From the NCBI RefSeq assembly GCF_001194135.2, contig NC_068981.1:190030193-190094044 (forward strand): a DNA stretch of 63,852 bases, read 5' to 3'. This document shows positions 1-13,522 of this stretch, piece by piece. Numbering within the stretch: position 1 is the stretch's first letter; every line of letters starts with the position of its first letter. Source of the stretch: Octopus bimaculoides (taxonomy: Eukaryota). A program made the position numbers and the translations under genes. The notes beneath the pieces were generated by a model. That model did not search any database. It was given only the letters and a program-made list of their open reading frames with translations, and was not told where the DNA came from.

Positions 1-35
<35 letters not shown>

Positions 36-388
36 GAGAGAGAGAGAGAATGAGAGAGAGAAACATAGACATATAATATATATAGACATATATAGACACG
101 CACACACATACATATATACACACACACACATACATGCATACATGAACATGAAAAAAAGATAGGGCAGATATTTGTGCTATGAATATTATCCACAAACACC
201 AAGATTTGAAAATATTCAGCATAAATTGACATTAGAGATATAAACTGCAAAAAAATTCTTGTAAAATTGTTGTAAAGTTTATTAGTTTTCTCAATATTAA
301 GGAAATTTTAAAAAGTGGTATTACAATTTAAGAATATTAGCAACCGTACAATAAATATATAACTACAACTGTGGTGTACAGGGACCGG

Positions 389-438
389 CTAGTCAAAGAA
401 AAGGTTAAACGTTCCCTTCTGCACGTCGGAAAAGGTGA
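389..438 (-). CDS. Candidate terminal coding exon of an unidentified host gene ((I)TFSDVQKGTFNLFFD*)
   Basis: Acceptor ctcaacctcttatag at 439; phase matches the upstream exon 526-671 (A|TC = Ile) across an 87-nt GT-AG intron; TAG at 389-391; AATAAA on the minus strand at 278-283. Confidence 0.45.
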
Positions 439-525
439 CTATAAGAGGTTGAGGTAGGATCTTCACTCCGACGACGTAAGTAAATATTTGTGACTTAGCT
501 GGAGTTTTCTATTGTTTTTCCTTAC

Positions 526-671
526 TAAAATATTGCAGTTCATTCTCTTTGTATAATCCTGTATATACCATATCTGATGCCTCGATATGAAACGTTGTAG
601 CAAAAGACCGGTGCTGGCTATAATTTCTGTTGAAATAACCATAACAAAAGAGTTTACAATAAGGAATAATC
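526..671 (-). CDS. Candidate internal coding exon (IIPYCKLFCYGYFNRNYSQHRSFATTFHIEASDMVYTGLYKENELQYF), possibly TNF/C1q-like jelly-roll
   Basis: Acceptor ttcatttatatcctcag, donor A|gtaagg, 48 open codons in a frame not shown in the ORF track. The fold suggestion is by-eye pattern only. Confidence 0.45.
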
Positions 672-857
672 CTGAGGATATAAATGAATTATATTTGAAC
701 AGCAAAGTTTGATACCTTATAAAGGGTAGCAAGCCAGTCACTCGGCAAAGAAGATATACATGCTTTTTGTTTTATCAATGGATTCCATATTTTTTGTCTG
801 TTTTAAATTATCTTTTAGCATTTGAATAAATTATATATTAAAATTTTAACCATTAAT

Positions 858-1250
858 GGTGTAGGAGTGGCTGTGTGGTAAGTAGCTTGCTTACCAACCA
901 CATGGTTCCGGGTTCAGTCCCACTGCGTGGCACCTTGGGCAAGCGTCTTCTGCTATAGCCTCGAGCCGACCAAAGTCTTGTGAGTGGATTTGGTAGACGG
1001 AAACTGAAAGAAGCCCGTCGTATATATGTATATATGTGTGTGTTTGTGTGTTTGTGTTTGCCCCCCCCCCATCGCTTGACAACTGATTCTGGGTGTGTTT
1101 ACGTCCCCGTAACGTAGCGGTTCGGCAAAAGAGACCGATACAATAAGTACTAGGCTTACAAAGAATAAATCCTGGGGTCGATTTGCTCGACTAAAGGCGG
1201 TGCTCCAGCATGGCTGCAGTCAAATGACTGAAACACGTAAAAGAATAAAT
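858..1250 (+). mobile_element. SINE family A (tRNA head + CORE-like domain + microsatellite + 3' tail), full length
   Basis: A/B-box-like head (gtggctgtgtggtaag ... ggttcagtccc), CORE-like caccttgggcaag, central (TA)/(TG)n, tail ending aaaagaataaa; more than 10 homologous copies in the window. Confidence 0.85.
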
Positions 1251-1269
1251 GAATTTTCATACATACATG

Positions 1270-1584
1270 CAGTGGCGGACTGGCCAGGTAGCCAGCTTGC
1301 TCTATGGCAAGTGGGCCCCTGCGCCATTAGAATCCGTATATGGGGCCCATGTTAGTATCTAAGGGGCCCATCCCCTCAAGTTTGAGAATTTTTTATTCAC
1401 TCCTGGAAGAATCCATTAATTATTTTAACCTTTCTGTGTCTAAACAGTTGAAAAGAATACTTTTAACAAAAAAAAATAATTAAATGAGAGAATTGTAGTT
1501 GTGAGTGCCCCCCCCCCTTGTATTTGCGGGTGGGACCCCTTAGTCTCCTGGCAACCAAAATCTTTTGACCCAGTCTGCAAACTG
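1270..1584. mobile_element. hAT-type MITE with 8-bp TSD
   Basis: Imperfect TIRs CAGTGGCGGACTGG / CCAGTCTGCAAACTG; exact 8-bp TSD CATACATG at 1262-1269 and 1585-1592; second copy at 26470. Confidence 0.85.
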
Positions 1585-2488
1585 CATACATGTGTGCGCG
1601 TGTGTGTGTTTGGGTGTGAAAGTATAAACGAGAGGAAAAGTATCCAATACATGATACAGAATTTATATTTTTACTTCAGTGGAAGCTTTCATAGTATTAG
1701 AACTTCATATTGTTGTTACGTAAAGTTTTTGCTTTTGCTGTTGCCAATCAACGTCTAATTATATGATCCCATAATATAATTACATATTTACATGTTTTAA
1801 ATTTAAATTACATATGTGTACATATGTATGTATGCTTGTATATGTGCTTGTGCATATAGATACAACAAATATTCATATATTGTCATATATGTAAGCTTTG
1901 TGTGTGCGCGTGTATGATTTCTTTCAGAAAAGTATCTACGAATACTGCAATAACATTGTGCTTAAGCATCACTCATTCATATAATGTTTTACTTGATATA
2001 AATTATTTATTGCAAGATGTTCTCTTTCCAATATGGTTTACAATAATTTACTTCAGCTATTTTAGCAATTGTATATTGCATGTCACTTGAATAAAACTAA
2101 TTTTGCCGGCGTTCCTGTACACATGCGTATATTAATGCCGTTAATTAACAGCTACTTTTAATAGTTTCTATATTCATTGTTTAGAAAAATCTTCCCCAAA
2201 AATATATATGATAATATGAGAGAAGTTTTAATGCTTTATGGTGTATGATTAATATTAGAAATAATTTAACTGAATATATGAGAATTTTGCAGTAATTGCA
2301 GCTAGATTGAAACGAGGGAAGACATGTGAGAATCGTTTTATTATATCTTTGAAGTGCTTATGCATGAATAAGCGAATTTTTCATTAATTTATTTTCCTTC
2401 GTTTCTGGCGTTACATCTCATTCCACACTTGCATTCAAGGTACAGGTACATACATACATACATACATACATACATACATACATACATA

Positions 2489-2528
<40 letters not shown>

Positions 2529-3329
2529 ACACATATATATATATATATGTATATATTTATATATATGTATATATTTATATATATATGCATATATATATAT
2601 ATATATAATACATATATATATATATATTTATATATGTATATATATATNNNNNNNNNNNNNNNNNNNNNNNNNNNNNNNNNNNNNNNNNNNNNNNNNNNNN
2701 NNNNNNNNNNNNNNNNNNNNNNNNNNNNNNNNNNNNNNNNNNNNNNNNNNNNNNNNNNNNNNNNNNNNNNNNNNNNACACACACATATATATATATATAT
2801 GTATATATTTATATATATATATGTTATATATATATATATATGCGTGTGTATTGTGTCTACAAGGAAATGAATATCATATATAATGAACACCAATCACTTT
2901 CGATATATATATATGTAAAAAAAAATTGAAGATTTATTTTGCGAAAATAGATGAAGACCGGTCAGTGCCGATTCTTCAGGCGTATACCTTTGCGTAAAAT
3001 GAATTGTCACCAAATTAAAAATGAGTTGTGACGAAGCTTATGACATCTCTAAAGGAATTATTAGAGGAAAAGACGTCAGAATTTTTACTGCTTCTCTGTC
3101 TGTAGATTACTGATGATTCCTTCTGTGAGAAATAATTCCCATTCCTGTTCAGTAAATTATAGTGTACAGTGAATGGTTTTCTTAAAGAAAAACATATTAA
3201 AACACTTGGAAATGTTTGAACTAATGTTCTGTGACTGTTAATATTTTATCGACGTGAAAATTTTATTTTTATATTTAATACAGGAATAAGACACTGCTTA
3301 GCCGAAATACACACACACACACGCATCCA

Positions 3330-3389
<60 letters not shown>

Positions 3390-4929
3390 NNNNNNNNNNN
3401 NNNNNNNNNNNNNNNNNNNNNNNNNNNNNNNNNNNNNNNNNNNNNNNNNNNNNNNNNNNNNNNNNNNNNNNNNNNNNNNNNNNNNNNNNNNNNNNNNNNN
3501 NNNNNNNNNNNNNNNNNNNNNNNNNNNNNNNNNNNNNNNNNNNNNNNNNNNNNNNNNNNNNNNNNNNNNNNNNNNNNNNNNNNNNNNNNNNNNNNNNNNN
3601 NNNNNNNNNNNNNNNNNNNNNNATTTTTCAATATTTTTTGTGTTCGTTCTTAAAACTGAAAGGTTTTCGTGACATTTACCACACTACTATGGTTCTAATA
3701 AAAATGGTAAGCTTCATGCCGTCACTTTTTCGTCCCACCAAAATTCTGGTTCATTTATAGCTTTTCTAGACAGCCTGACATAAAATAAGTTCTTCCATTA
3801 CTGATTGGAATAAAAGAAGATTTGTAAGCTGAGTGTGTGCGTGCGTGCGTGTGTGTGTGTGCGAAAGTATGCGACAATATCTATTGCTGCTTTATTTCAT
3901 GGAAATTGGCCATAAAGGCCTTACATAGAAGCAAAGCGGGCTGGACACATACATTAATGAATGAGAAATGACAAAATGCGAATGTTATAAATGGGAGGGG
4001 TATTCGGCGCCCGCCGACTGAAAACCCCTCGAAATCACTGTTCTTTTACAATTCAAATTACATACAATCAAATCAAATCAAATCAGATCAAACAAGCAAA
4101 ATAACATGATTTAATAATCAATGAATAGGCGCTTAAGCCTCTTAAACTTCCTCCCCGAGCAACTTTTTTGCCGCCCGCAATTTGCACTGTCTGAGATTAC
4201 TGGATAGAATATATTAAATTAGAATAGCATATTAGCATATAATGACATGTTAAGTAACTCACCTATAACCTTATAAATCTAAAGTACGCATATATTATTA
4301 TTTCCAAATGCGATGATGGAATCTGAGAGCACTAGTTACGACATACGTCAGCATATAGCAAGTACTCAAAATTCTCAATGTGGAATGACTATATTTGCTA
4401 TGAGGAAGAGGAGGAATTAACGCTTCTGGAAGAACTCCTCGCCACAGAAAGATAAATGTTACTATCAGTAAAGCATCACATCTTTCTCTGACAAATGACT
4501 TTCTTCGAAACGTTTAAACTCAAATCATTCACACAGAAAACAAATTTATTCCACCTTGTGAAATATAATATTGTCTTCACTTTTGCTTTATTGACCATTA
4601 TATATAATTGAGTATCGAATTGTCGTTTCGTACTTGTACGACCTTAACCCTGATAATCTCTATCTTTTAAAAGACGGCTCTTAATCAGTTCTTCTAAGGC
4701 TGCTTATAGTACAGCCCTTTTTTGTTTATTCTTTGTTTTCTTGTTTTACTTTAAATATACTTTTATTCCTTAATTTCTTTTCTCTTGCATGACTAATATG
4801 CTAAATGACTTTGCATCTCAGTTCGATAAATAGTCAACCGTTAGTGATGTCTACTGGCACCAATTGTTTCCATCTTTTCTCAAATCATTATTTGGTTCGT
4901 TGCTGGCTTGGGATATCCGTTCTCTTTAG

Positions 4930-5140
4930 ATTTAGGACGCGAGTGAATGAGAGCATAAATTGTGGATGTCAAAAATCCATTTTGCAATCAGATCCAACTG
5001 CATGCCGCCTACTGCAGAATTTCTCATCCTACAAACTTGAGTTGACCAAAGCCTACATCGCGATTGAAGCAGTAGAGACAAAAACTATGTGAAGCACACT
5101 GGGAAGACTACCTGCATTTTGAAGGCACAGGATGGTCACA
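4930..5140 (+). mobile_element. Decayed RTE-like reverse transcriptase fragment
   Basis: NESINCGCQKS..RLLQ..ELTKAY resembles the LINE RT motif string ESQCGFR..RQLQEK..DLTKAFD; heavily degraded. Confidence 0.4.
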
Positions 5141-5253
5141 AATAATATTGGTTTCAAACTTTTGCACAAGGCCGGCTAGTTTGGGAGAAGAATTAAGTCG
5201 ATTACATCGACCTCCAGTGTGAAACCGTCGTATATATATATATATATATATAT

Positions 5254-5308
<55 letters not shown>

Positions 5309-6189
5309 TACTGTATGTATAATATTAAGTGTGTTTTAGAATGTACGGCTATTTACGAAGTGCAAAAAGAGAGCAATGCGAAAAAATACAGAGTAGAGAA
5401 ACTTGAAAACGCAAATCTTTGGCAGTCAAACAGATTCCCGAACGCATAAATGAAAACATTCACTCNNNNNNNNNNNNNNNNNNNNNNNNNNNNNNNNNNN
5501 NNNNNNNNNNNNNNNNNNNNNNNNNNNNNNNNNNNNNNNNNNNNNNNNNNNNNNNNNNNNNNNNNNNNNNNNNNNNNNNNNNNNNNNNNNNNNNNNNNNN
5601 NNNNNNNNNNNNNNNNNNNNNNNNNNNNNNNNNNNNNNNNNNNNNNNNNNNNNNNNNNNNNNNNNNNNNNNNNNNNNNNNNNNNNNNNNNNNNNNNNNNN
5701 NNNNNNNNNNNNNNNNNNNNNNNNNNNNNNNNNNNNNNNNNNNNNNNNNNNNNNNNNNNNNNNNNNNNNNNNNNNNNNNNNNNNNNNNNNNNNNNNNNNN
5801 NNNNNNNNNNNNNNNNNNNNNNNNNNNNNNNNNNNNNNNNNNNNNNNNNNNNNNNNNNNNNNNNNNNNNNNNNNNNNNNNNNNNNNNNNNNNNNNNNNNN
5901 NNNNNNNNNNNNNNNNNNNNNNNNNNNNNNNNNNNNNNNNNNNNNNNNNNNNNNNNNNNNNNNNNNNNNNNNNNNNNNNNNNNNNNNNNNNNNNNNNNNN
6001 NNNNNNNNNNNNNNNNNNNNNNNNNNNNNNNNNNNNNNNNNNNNNNNNNNNNNNNNNNNNNNNNNNNNNNNNNNNNNNNNNNNNNNNNNNNNNNNNNNNN
6101 NNNNNNNNNNNNNNNNNNNNNNNNNNNNNNNNNNNNNNNNNNNNNNNNNNNNNNNNNNNNNNNTGTGTGTGTGTGTGTGTGTGTGTGTG

Positions 6190-6560
6190 TTGTTGGCATC
6201 CTTTCTACTCCGGAGACAATGGAGTAGCGCATAAAATCAATTTTGCGCAGGCCTGGGCTAGATGTAAGAAAATCCTGGGTAGCCCAATCGTCAGGATTCC
6301 TCTCTCGACCTTGCTGACGTTGTCCAAAGCAGTAGAGAGCATTACATGTGGCACCAGCTTGGTTGCATGAGCTGCAGGAAGTTTTTCGAGTCGAACACTA
6401 AACCACATAAGGGGCTCCACTGCGGATTCTTTTGAAGGTTGTCTTCTTTCCGTAACTCTGGATAGGGGCCCATACCGAGTACTATCAGCTGGAGCCAGCT
6501 GAGACCGGGACCCTTGTCAGGTAGGGTCGTCACTCTCTGAAGTGGTGAAGAAAATCGCTA
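6190..6560. other. Unclassified GC-rich, hairpin-rich segment between two gaps (probable retroelement UTR)
   Basis: GC-richer than its AT-rich surroundings; adjacent stems CTACTCC/GGAGTAG and GCGCA..TGCGC; no recognisable protein motif. Confidence 0.3.
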
Positions 6561-7818
6561 CCCACTACTTTAAATATATATANNNNNNNNNNNNNNNNNN
6601 NNNNNNNNNNNNNNNNNNNNNNNNNNNNNNNNNNNNNNNNNNNNNNNNNNNNNNNNNNNNNNNNNNNNNNNNNNNNNNNNNNNNNNNNNNNNNNNNNNNN
6701 NNNNNNNNNNNNNNNNNNNNNNNNNNNNNNNNNNNNNNNNNNNNNNNNNNNNNNNNNNNNNNNNNNNNNNNNNNNNNNNNNNNNNNNNNNNNNNNNNNNN
6801 NNNNNNNNNNNNNNNNNNNNNNNNNNNNNNNNNNNNNNNNNNNNNNNNNNNNNNNNNNNNNNNNNNNNNNNNNNNNNNNNNNNNNNNNNNNNNNNNNNNN
6901 NNNNNNNNNNNNNNNNNNNNNNNNNNNNNNNNNNNNNNNNNNNNNNNNNNNNNNNNNNNNNNNNNNNNNNNNNNNNNNNNNNNNNNNNNNNNNNNNNNNN
7001 NNNNNNNNNNNNNNNNNNNNNNNNNNNNNNNNNNNNNNNNNNNNNNNNNNNNNNNNNNNNNNNNNNNNNNNNNNNNNNNNNNNNNNNNNNNNNNNNNNNN
7101 NNNNNNNNNNNNNNNNNNNNNNNNNNNNNNNNNNNNNNNNNNNNNNNNNNNNNNNNNNNNNNNNNNNNNNNNNNNNNNNNNNNNNNNNNNNNNNNNNNNN
7201 NNNNNNNNNNNNNNNNNNNNNNNNNNNNNNNNNNNNNNNNNNNNNNNNNNNNNNNNNNNNNNNNNNNNNNNNNNNNNNNNNNNNNNNNNNNNNNNNNNNN
7301 NNNNNNNNNNNNNNNNNNNNNNNNNNNNNNNNNNNNNNNNNNNNNNNNNNNNNNNNNNNNNNNNNNNNNNNNNNNNNNNNNNNNNNNNNNNNNNNNNNNN
7401 NNNNNNNNNNNNNNNNNNNNNNNNNNNNNNNNNNNNNNNNNNNNNNNNNNNNNNNNNNNNNNNNNNNNNNNNNNNNNNNNNNNNNNNNNNNNNNNNTATA
7501 TATATATATATTTAGCAGGTTTATCATGATTGAATGCCTTTCAACTGCCGTAACCTATCTTCTACAGATAAGATGATCCTGTCCAATATCATTTCTGATG
7601 GTACAATGCAATTTGAAGGATATATAGCTATTAGTTCTAGCATGTTAAACGGCCGTATAAAAGCTCTCTTCTTGCTTCAAATTTTCAGAAGTGTTACATC
7701 AAGCTATATTACGATCGAAGCGATAATATCCTTGATAACGTATCACCTTTAATCCCATGAATTATCTAGGAGACAAGCCTATTTTTCTACAAATTACTAT
7801 TGTTTCACAGGAAGTTAC

Positions 7819-7877
7819 AATGTTTCCCTCTCATTCATCTGATTTCTTTTATTCCTTCTATATTCATAATAGCTTTT
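7819..7877 (-). CDS. Weak candidate exon (KSYYEYRRNKRNQMNERET)
   Basis: Pyrimidine-rich acceptor ending tttcag, donor gtaact, only one open frame; contains a furin-type RNKR site. Confidence 0.2.
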
Positions 7878-8180
7878 CTGAAACCATCAAGCGAGATAGA
7901 AGAACGACAAGATTAGGTATTGTTAATTTAATCCGGTTATAATTCTCCCAAAGACACATACATATGCACACACATACATACTTATGTATAGGTGTATGCG
8001 TGTGTATGCACATGTGGTGTTTGTGTATAACTCGTAGCGCTGCCCTATTTTGATTAAATAATTAAACAATCAACAGACAAATTACTTTGCCGTCGGATAT
8101 TCAAAGTATGTAGAACATCTGGGTGAGTGCATGATCGGCTGGAAACGTTATGGTGGACACAACACATAACGCGCGCATGC

Positions 8181-8213
<33 letters not shown>

Positions 8214-8919
8214 NNNNNNNNNNNNNNNNNNNNNNNNNNNNNNNNNNNNNNNNNNNNNNNNNNNNNNNNNNNNNNNNNNNNNNNNNNNNNNNNNNNNNNN
8301 NNNNNNNNNNNNNNNNNNNNNNNNNNNNNNNNNNNNNNNNNNNNNNNNNNNNNNNNNNNNNNNNNNNNNNNNNNNNNNNNNNNNNNNNNNNNNNNNNNNN
8401 NNNNNNNNNNNNNNNNNNNNNNNNNNNNNNNNNNNNNNNNNNNNNNNNNNNNNNNNNNNNNNNNNNNNNNNNNNNNNNNNNNNNNNNNNNNNNNNNNNNN
8501 NNNNNNNNNNNNNNNNNNNNNNNNNNNNNNNNNNNNNNNNNNNNNNNNNNNNNNNNNNNNNNNNNNNNNNNNNNNNNNNNNNNNNNNNNNNNNNNNNNNN
8601 NNNNNNNNNNNNNNNNNNNNNNNNNNNNNNNNNNNNNNNNNNNNNNNNNNNNNNNNNNNNNNNNNNNNNNNNNNNNNNNNNNNNNNNNNNNNNNNNNNNN
8701 NNNNNNNNNNNNNNNNNNNNNNNNNNNNNNNNNNNNNNNNNNNNNNNNNNNNNNNNNNNNNNNNNNNNNNNNNNNNNNNNNNNNNNNNNNNNNNNNNNNN
8801 NNNNNNNNNNNNNNNNNNNNNNNNNNNNNNNNNNNNNNNNNNNNNNNNNNNNNNNNNNNNNNNNNNNNNNNNNNNNNNNNNNNNNNNNNNNNNNTATATA
8901 TATATATATATATATATAT

Positions 8920-9083
8920 ATTCGACGGGCTTCTTTCAGTTTCCGTCTACCAAATCCACTCACAAGGCTTTGGTCGGCCTGAGGCTATAGTAGAAGACAT
9001 TTTCCCAAGGTGTCATGCACAGTGGGACTGAACTCGGAACCATGTGGTTGGGAAGCAAGCTACTTACCACACAGCCATTCCTG
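8920..9083 (-). mobile_element. SINE family A, 5' half
   Basis: Reverse complement of the 858-1020 head/CORE region; abuts a gap at its central (TA)n. Confidence 0.85.
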
Positions 9084-9539
9084 TTATACTGATGTGATTC
9101 TATTAATCTCCGTGTATATATGTTATGTCGTGAAATGTATTTCTTGATATATGCATGCAACTTTTAGCCTCGCTAGGAGATGTATACTAAGTCGTTATAT
9201 CATAAATTCTATTTCTCCATGAATAAAAAAAAAACAATTGATTTGATTAGTCGGTTGTCTTGTTAAATTTAGCCAGAAAAATAATATTCATCCTGTGTCC
9301 ACGGAACGATTAATACTCTATCACAATATATTGTGTATGCTAACCAGAACTCAGTTAAGCTGAATATCTAACGGACAATGTTATGAAAGTAGCAAAAAAG
9401 TTACAACACAACTAAGTAGGAAATAGCGACACATGGCGTATTACTGATGTACTTTGGCTTTGTGTCAGAGAACTACTTATGCACTCTTCCTAGTGAGACA
9501 GATAGCAGAGACGAAGAATTCACTTGACAAACAGTTTGT

Positions 9540-10080
9540 AGTACAGACGGACCAAAATAACAAGCTCTTTAATTTACCATAGAAAATAATATCAAGGAAA
9601 ATCAACAATGAGACTGTAGTGAATCTAAAAAACGGGAAATGTGCTTAACGAACCGGATTAAATAACGAATTAACTAAATACTAAAACAATGTATATTCGG
9701 TTTAATAAAGCAAATGAATTTCAAAGAGAGGAAATACGCCCAACGAACAGGTGAGAAAAATCCTTTTGTAACTAGTGTAATAAATAATCATTTTGGCAAA
9801 TATGTTCAATATAAAACAACACTTTCATAATAAATACACTAAATATATAAAAATCAGGTGACGAAATGAGAAATTTTTAAATACACATGGTTAAAAAAAA
9901 AACATGAAAAAAACAAGTAACATATTACGAAATCAACCAATAAAACAGAGAGTTACAGATGAAGCCCTGACAAAGGCAATAGCTGTCGTCAACCAATATA
10001 AAGAAAAGACTTGAGATAGAAAGAAACTAAAAAGAACAGGCTCACACTGTTGGATACGAAAAAAATAAGTAAATAAAACA
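9540..10080 (+). repeat. Old unclassified interspersed repeat (homologous to 14400-14990, opposite strand)
   Basis: Collinear blocks such as ggaaatgtgcttaacgaaccggattaaataa and ttaataaagcaaatgaattt..ggaaatacgcccaacgaac match the reverse complement of 14700-14830. Confidence 0.6.
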
Positions 10081-10084
10081 GTTC

Positions 10085-10118
10085 TCGTCTGATGATCGCT
10101 TTGCTCGAATCGTCAGGA
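10085..10118 (+). ncRNA. Decayed hammerhead-like motif
   Basis: TCGT-CTGATGA-tcgctttgctc-GAA-TCGT-C-AGGA; intact core heptamer but broken stems and a changed A15.1. Confidence 0.3.
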
Positions 10119-10399
10119 AGAAATTCAGTTTAAATAAACCACATGCTATTCATTACATCAGTTGACCTGGGAAAGGCTTTGAACTAGACACCAACTTCTG
10201 TACTCTGGTGGACACTAATGAGACTAGGGTTAGTTGTATAGCAACAGCGTTGCAGAATATTTACCAAGGGATTTAAGTGAGAACAACATTCAGAACAGAA
10301 AAAGACCAGAATGGCATGGGTTGAACGCCATGAAATAGATGACAAAAAATTTGAAAAAAAAAAAAAACACAAGTCCTGGGATAATGTATTGGAGATTTA

Positions 10400-11335
10400 T
10401 CCAATGTCTGCAAGCATGCAATAACAGACGGAAAATGATACATACATACATGAGGACAATAACATGCAGTTTAATGCTGAAAAATTCCAAGCCCTGCGCT
10501 ACCAGCATCCAAAACTGAATATAAAACTTACAGGGTCCACTGGTCCACAGGAGATTACAATTCCAGAGCCTAAATCAGTGAGGGAGCTGGGTATCGACAT
10601 GAGTGATGATACCTCTTTCTAAGTGCACATTACCAGGATGACGACAAAGTGCAGACGACTGGCTGGATGGATCCTGAGACTGTTCAGAACCAGAGAGAAG
10701 GAAACTATGATAATCCTCTGGAGGACATTCGTTCTGAGCCGTCTTGACTACTGCTCCCAGCTGTGGTCACCCAGCCGTGTAAAATTAACAGCGGACCTTG
10801 AAGAAATCCAGCGAAGCTTCACAAAGAAGATCGTCTCATTGCAACAGCTCAGCAACTGGGAAAGGCTGGAACAGCTAAGACTCTACTTGTTGGAGCGAAG
10901 ACGAGAGAGGTATCCAGTAATATACATCTGGAAGATCCTGGAAGGAACTGTGCCAAATTTTGGCATTGAAAGCTACATCAATGCCAGAACGAGTCGACAC
11001 TGCACGGTGGAAAAGATCCCAGCAATGCCATCGCGCTTCAGGACCAGTTACTGCAACAGCCTGGGTTTCAGGGGCCCACAGCTTTTTAATATTCTCTTAA
11101 ATACCCTGAGGGACCTACACAAAGCGAATGTAAATGTTTTCAAATCAAAATTGTACCTCTTCCTGTCAAGAGTCCCAGATGAACCTACCTCACGACAAGA
11201 GGTGCAAATGAGGGTAGCGACATCAAATTCCTTATTCACCAAATGCCACATTTTGGAGGAGCTCTCAGTAATAACAGTGTAGCCAAACGGCAGTGCCCCT
11301 GCATGGTCGCAGCTCTAAGCTGAAACTACATAAAA
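10400..11335 (+). mobile_element. 5'-truncated CR1/Jockey-group LINE (RT C-terminus and post-RT domain), pseudogenised
   Basis: MQFNAEKFQ, VRELGIDM, SRLDYCSQLWSP, LEEIQRSFTK, LERRRERY..IYIWKILEG motifs; stop just upstream of ORF 10623-11282. Confidence 0.85.
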
Positions 11336-12453
11336 AAGGTATATATGTATATAATATATTATTTAAAAGGTTCCATTTAAATAACTATTGTACATATGTT
11401 CCCATAATGGGCTTATTAATGCGATTATATAATAAATATTCATCATGTTATCGGCAACTGAAATCTCTATGTTTAAAATTAAGAAACATATAACATTAAT
11501 GGTTATACGTAGAAGAATACATACTGTGTGGTTACATACAGATATAGTATTATCTATGCAAACTGGAGAAATATAAATCCAATGCACGCATTAGATTGGT
11601 AATACACTTTTCTTATACTGAAAAGCTATAACGATTGATAGTTTCGTATAAGTTCACATATCAAAATTTATGTGTGTGTATATCTATATCCTTTTAACTA
11701 GCTATATACACACATTCACACACATGCACACGCTGATATATATATNNNNNNNNNNNNNNNNNNNNNNNNNNNNNNNNNNNNNNNNNNNNNNNNNNNNNNN
11801 NNNNNNNNNNNNNNNNNNNNNNNNNNNNNNNNNNNNNNNNNNNNNNNNNNNNNNNNNNNNNNNNNNNNNNNNNNNNNNNNNNNNNNNNNNNNNNNNNNNN
11901 NNNNNNNNNNNNNNNNNNNNNNNNNNNNNNNNNNNNNNNNNNNNTATATATATATATATATATATGACAGATGGACAGATAGATAGTTACACACACACAT
12001 ATGTATATACGTGGATTCCTATCAAGTGTATTGAACTTCCATTAACCTTATTGTTATTCAGTAACTTCTCCCTGATTAGCTCACTTGAATTCATTGTTAT
12101 TTAAAGCATGGCTTCACAGGAAAAAGGTGGAGTTTCATAAATAAAATAAACATCTTATGATTTTGATATAGAAATAAAATACACACACACCAGCAACGCA
12201 ACAATACTATTATGCTTTTGGACCTACAATCAATGTATTGTGATCTGTGGAAAGATTAGTAGAAATAATTAAAGAAAAAAAAATGAATAAAGAAGCAAAA
12301 AAAGAAAGAGGCAGAAATATTCAAGCATAGATATTTTGAATACCAAAGTGTAATAATGTTTCCTTTTGAGATCATATCGATCTTTATACAAAAGAAAATA
12401 GTTGTAAATCAAAGAGGAAAAAGAATAACAATAACAACAATATACATACATAT

Positions 12454-12509
<56 letters not shown>

Positions 12510-13416
12510 TGAAGTGCAAATATGATTTTAAAAGATGGAAGTCCGTTGTATGAGAAATTTAGATGTTATTTCTAAAACATTCTTTATGACGATTGGGATA
12601 CGCACACGCACACGAATATATCTACATAGATTATATATATNNNNNNNNNNNNNNNNNNNNNNNNNNNNNNNNNNNNNNNNNNNNNNNNNNNNNNNNNNNN
12701 NNNNNNNNNNNNNNNNNNNNNNNNNNNNNNNNNNNNNNNNNNNNNNNNNNNNNNNNNNNNNNNNNNNNNNNNNNNNNNNNNNNNNNNNNNNNNNNNNNNN
12801 NNNNNNNNNNNNNNNNNNNNNNNNNNNNNNNNNNNNNNNNNNNNNNNNNNNNNNNNNNNNNNNNNNNNNNNNNNNNNNNNNNNNNNNNNNNNNNNNNNNN
12901 NNNNNNNNNNNNNNNNNNNNNNNNNNNNNNNNNNNNNNNNNNNNNNNNNNNNNNNNNNNNNNNNNNNNNNNNNNNNNNNNNNNNNNNNNNNNNNNNNNNN
13001 NNNNNNNNNNNNNNNNNNNNNNNNNNNNNNNNNNNNNNNNNNNNNNNNNNNNNNNNNNNNNNNNNNNNNNNNNNNNNNNNNNNNNNNNNNNNNNNNNNNN
13101 NNNNNNNNNNNNNNNNNNNNNNNNNNNNNNNNNNNNNNNNNNNNNNNNNNNNNNNNNNNNNNNNNNNNNNNNNNNNNNNNNNNNNNNNNNNNNNNNNNNN
13201 NNNNNNNNNNNNNNNNNNNNNNNNNNNNNNNNNNNNNNNNNNNNNNNNNNNNNNNNNNNNNNNNNNNNNNNNNNNNNNNNNNNNNNNNNNNNNNNNNNNN
13301 NNNNNNNNNNNNNNNNNNNNNNNNNNNNNNNNNNNNNNNNNNNNNNNNNNNNNNNNNNNNNNNNNNNNNNNNNNNNNNNNNNNNNNNNNNNNNNNNNNNN
13401 NNNNNNNNNNNNNNNN

Positions 13417-13483
13417 TTTAACCTCGGGCCGACCAAAGCCTTTTGAGTGGATTTGGTAGACGGAAACTAAAAGAAGCCCGTCG

Positions 13484-13522
<39 letters not shown>

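Noticed and set aside
672-740. Extra upstream exon joined by a 44-nt intron
   Set aside because: Phase fits, but the intron is implausibly short and the acceptor is poor.
463-741. 92-aa ORF from the track
   Set aside because: GTG start and no motif; splice signals support a different frame (526-671).
1902-2090. Plus-strand hydrophobic ORF ending just before AATAAA
   Set aside because: Typical chance translation of AT-rich DNA; no partner exon or motif.
10623-11282. 219-aa ORF as a host gene
   Set aside because: Post-RT domain of a truncated LINE with an upstream in-frame stop.
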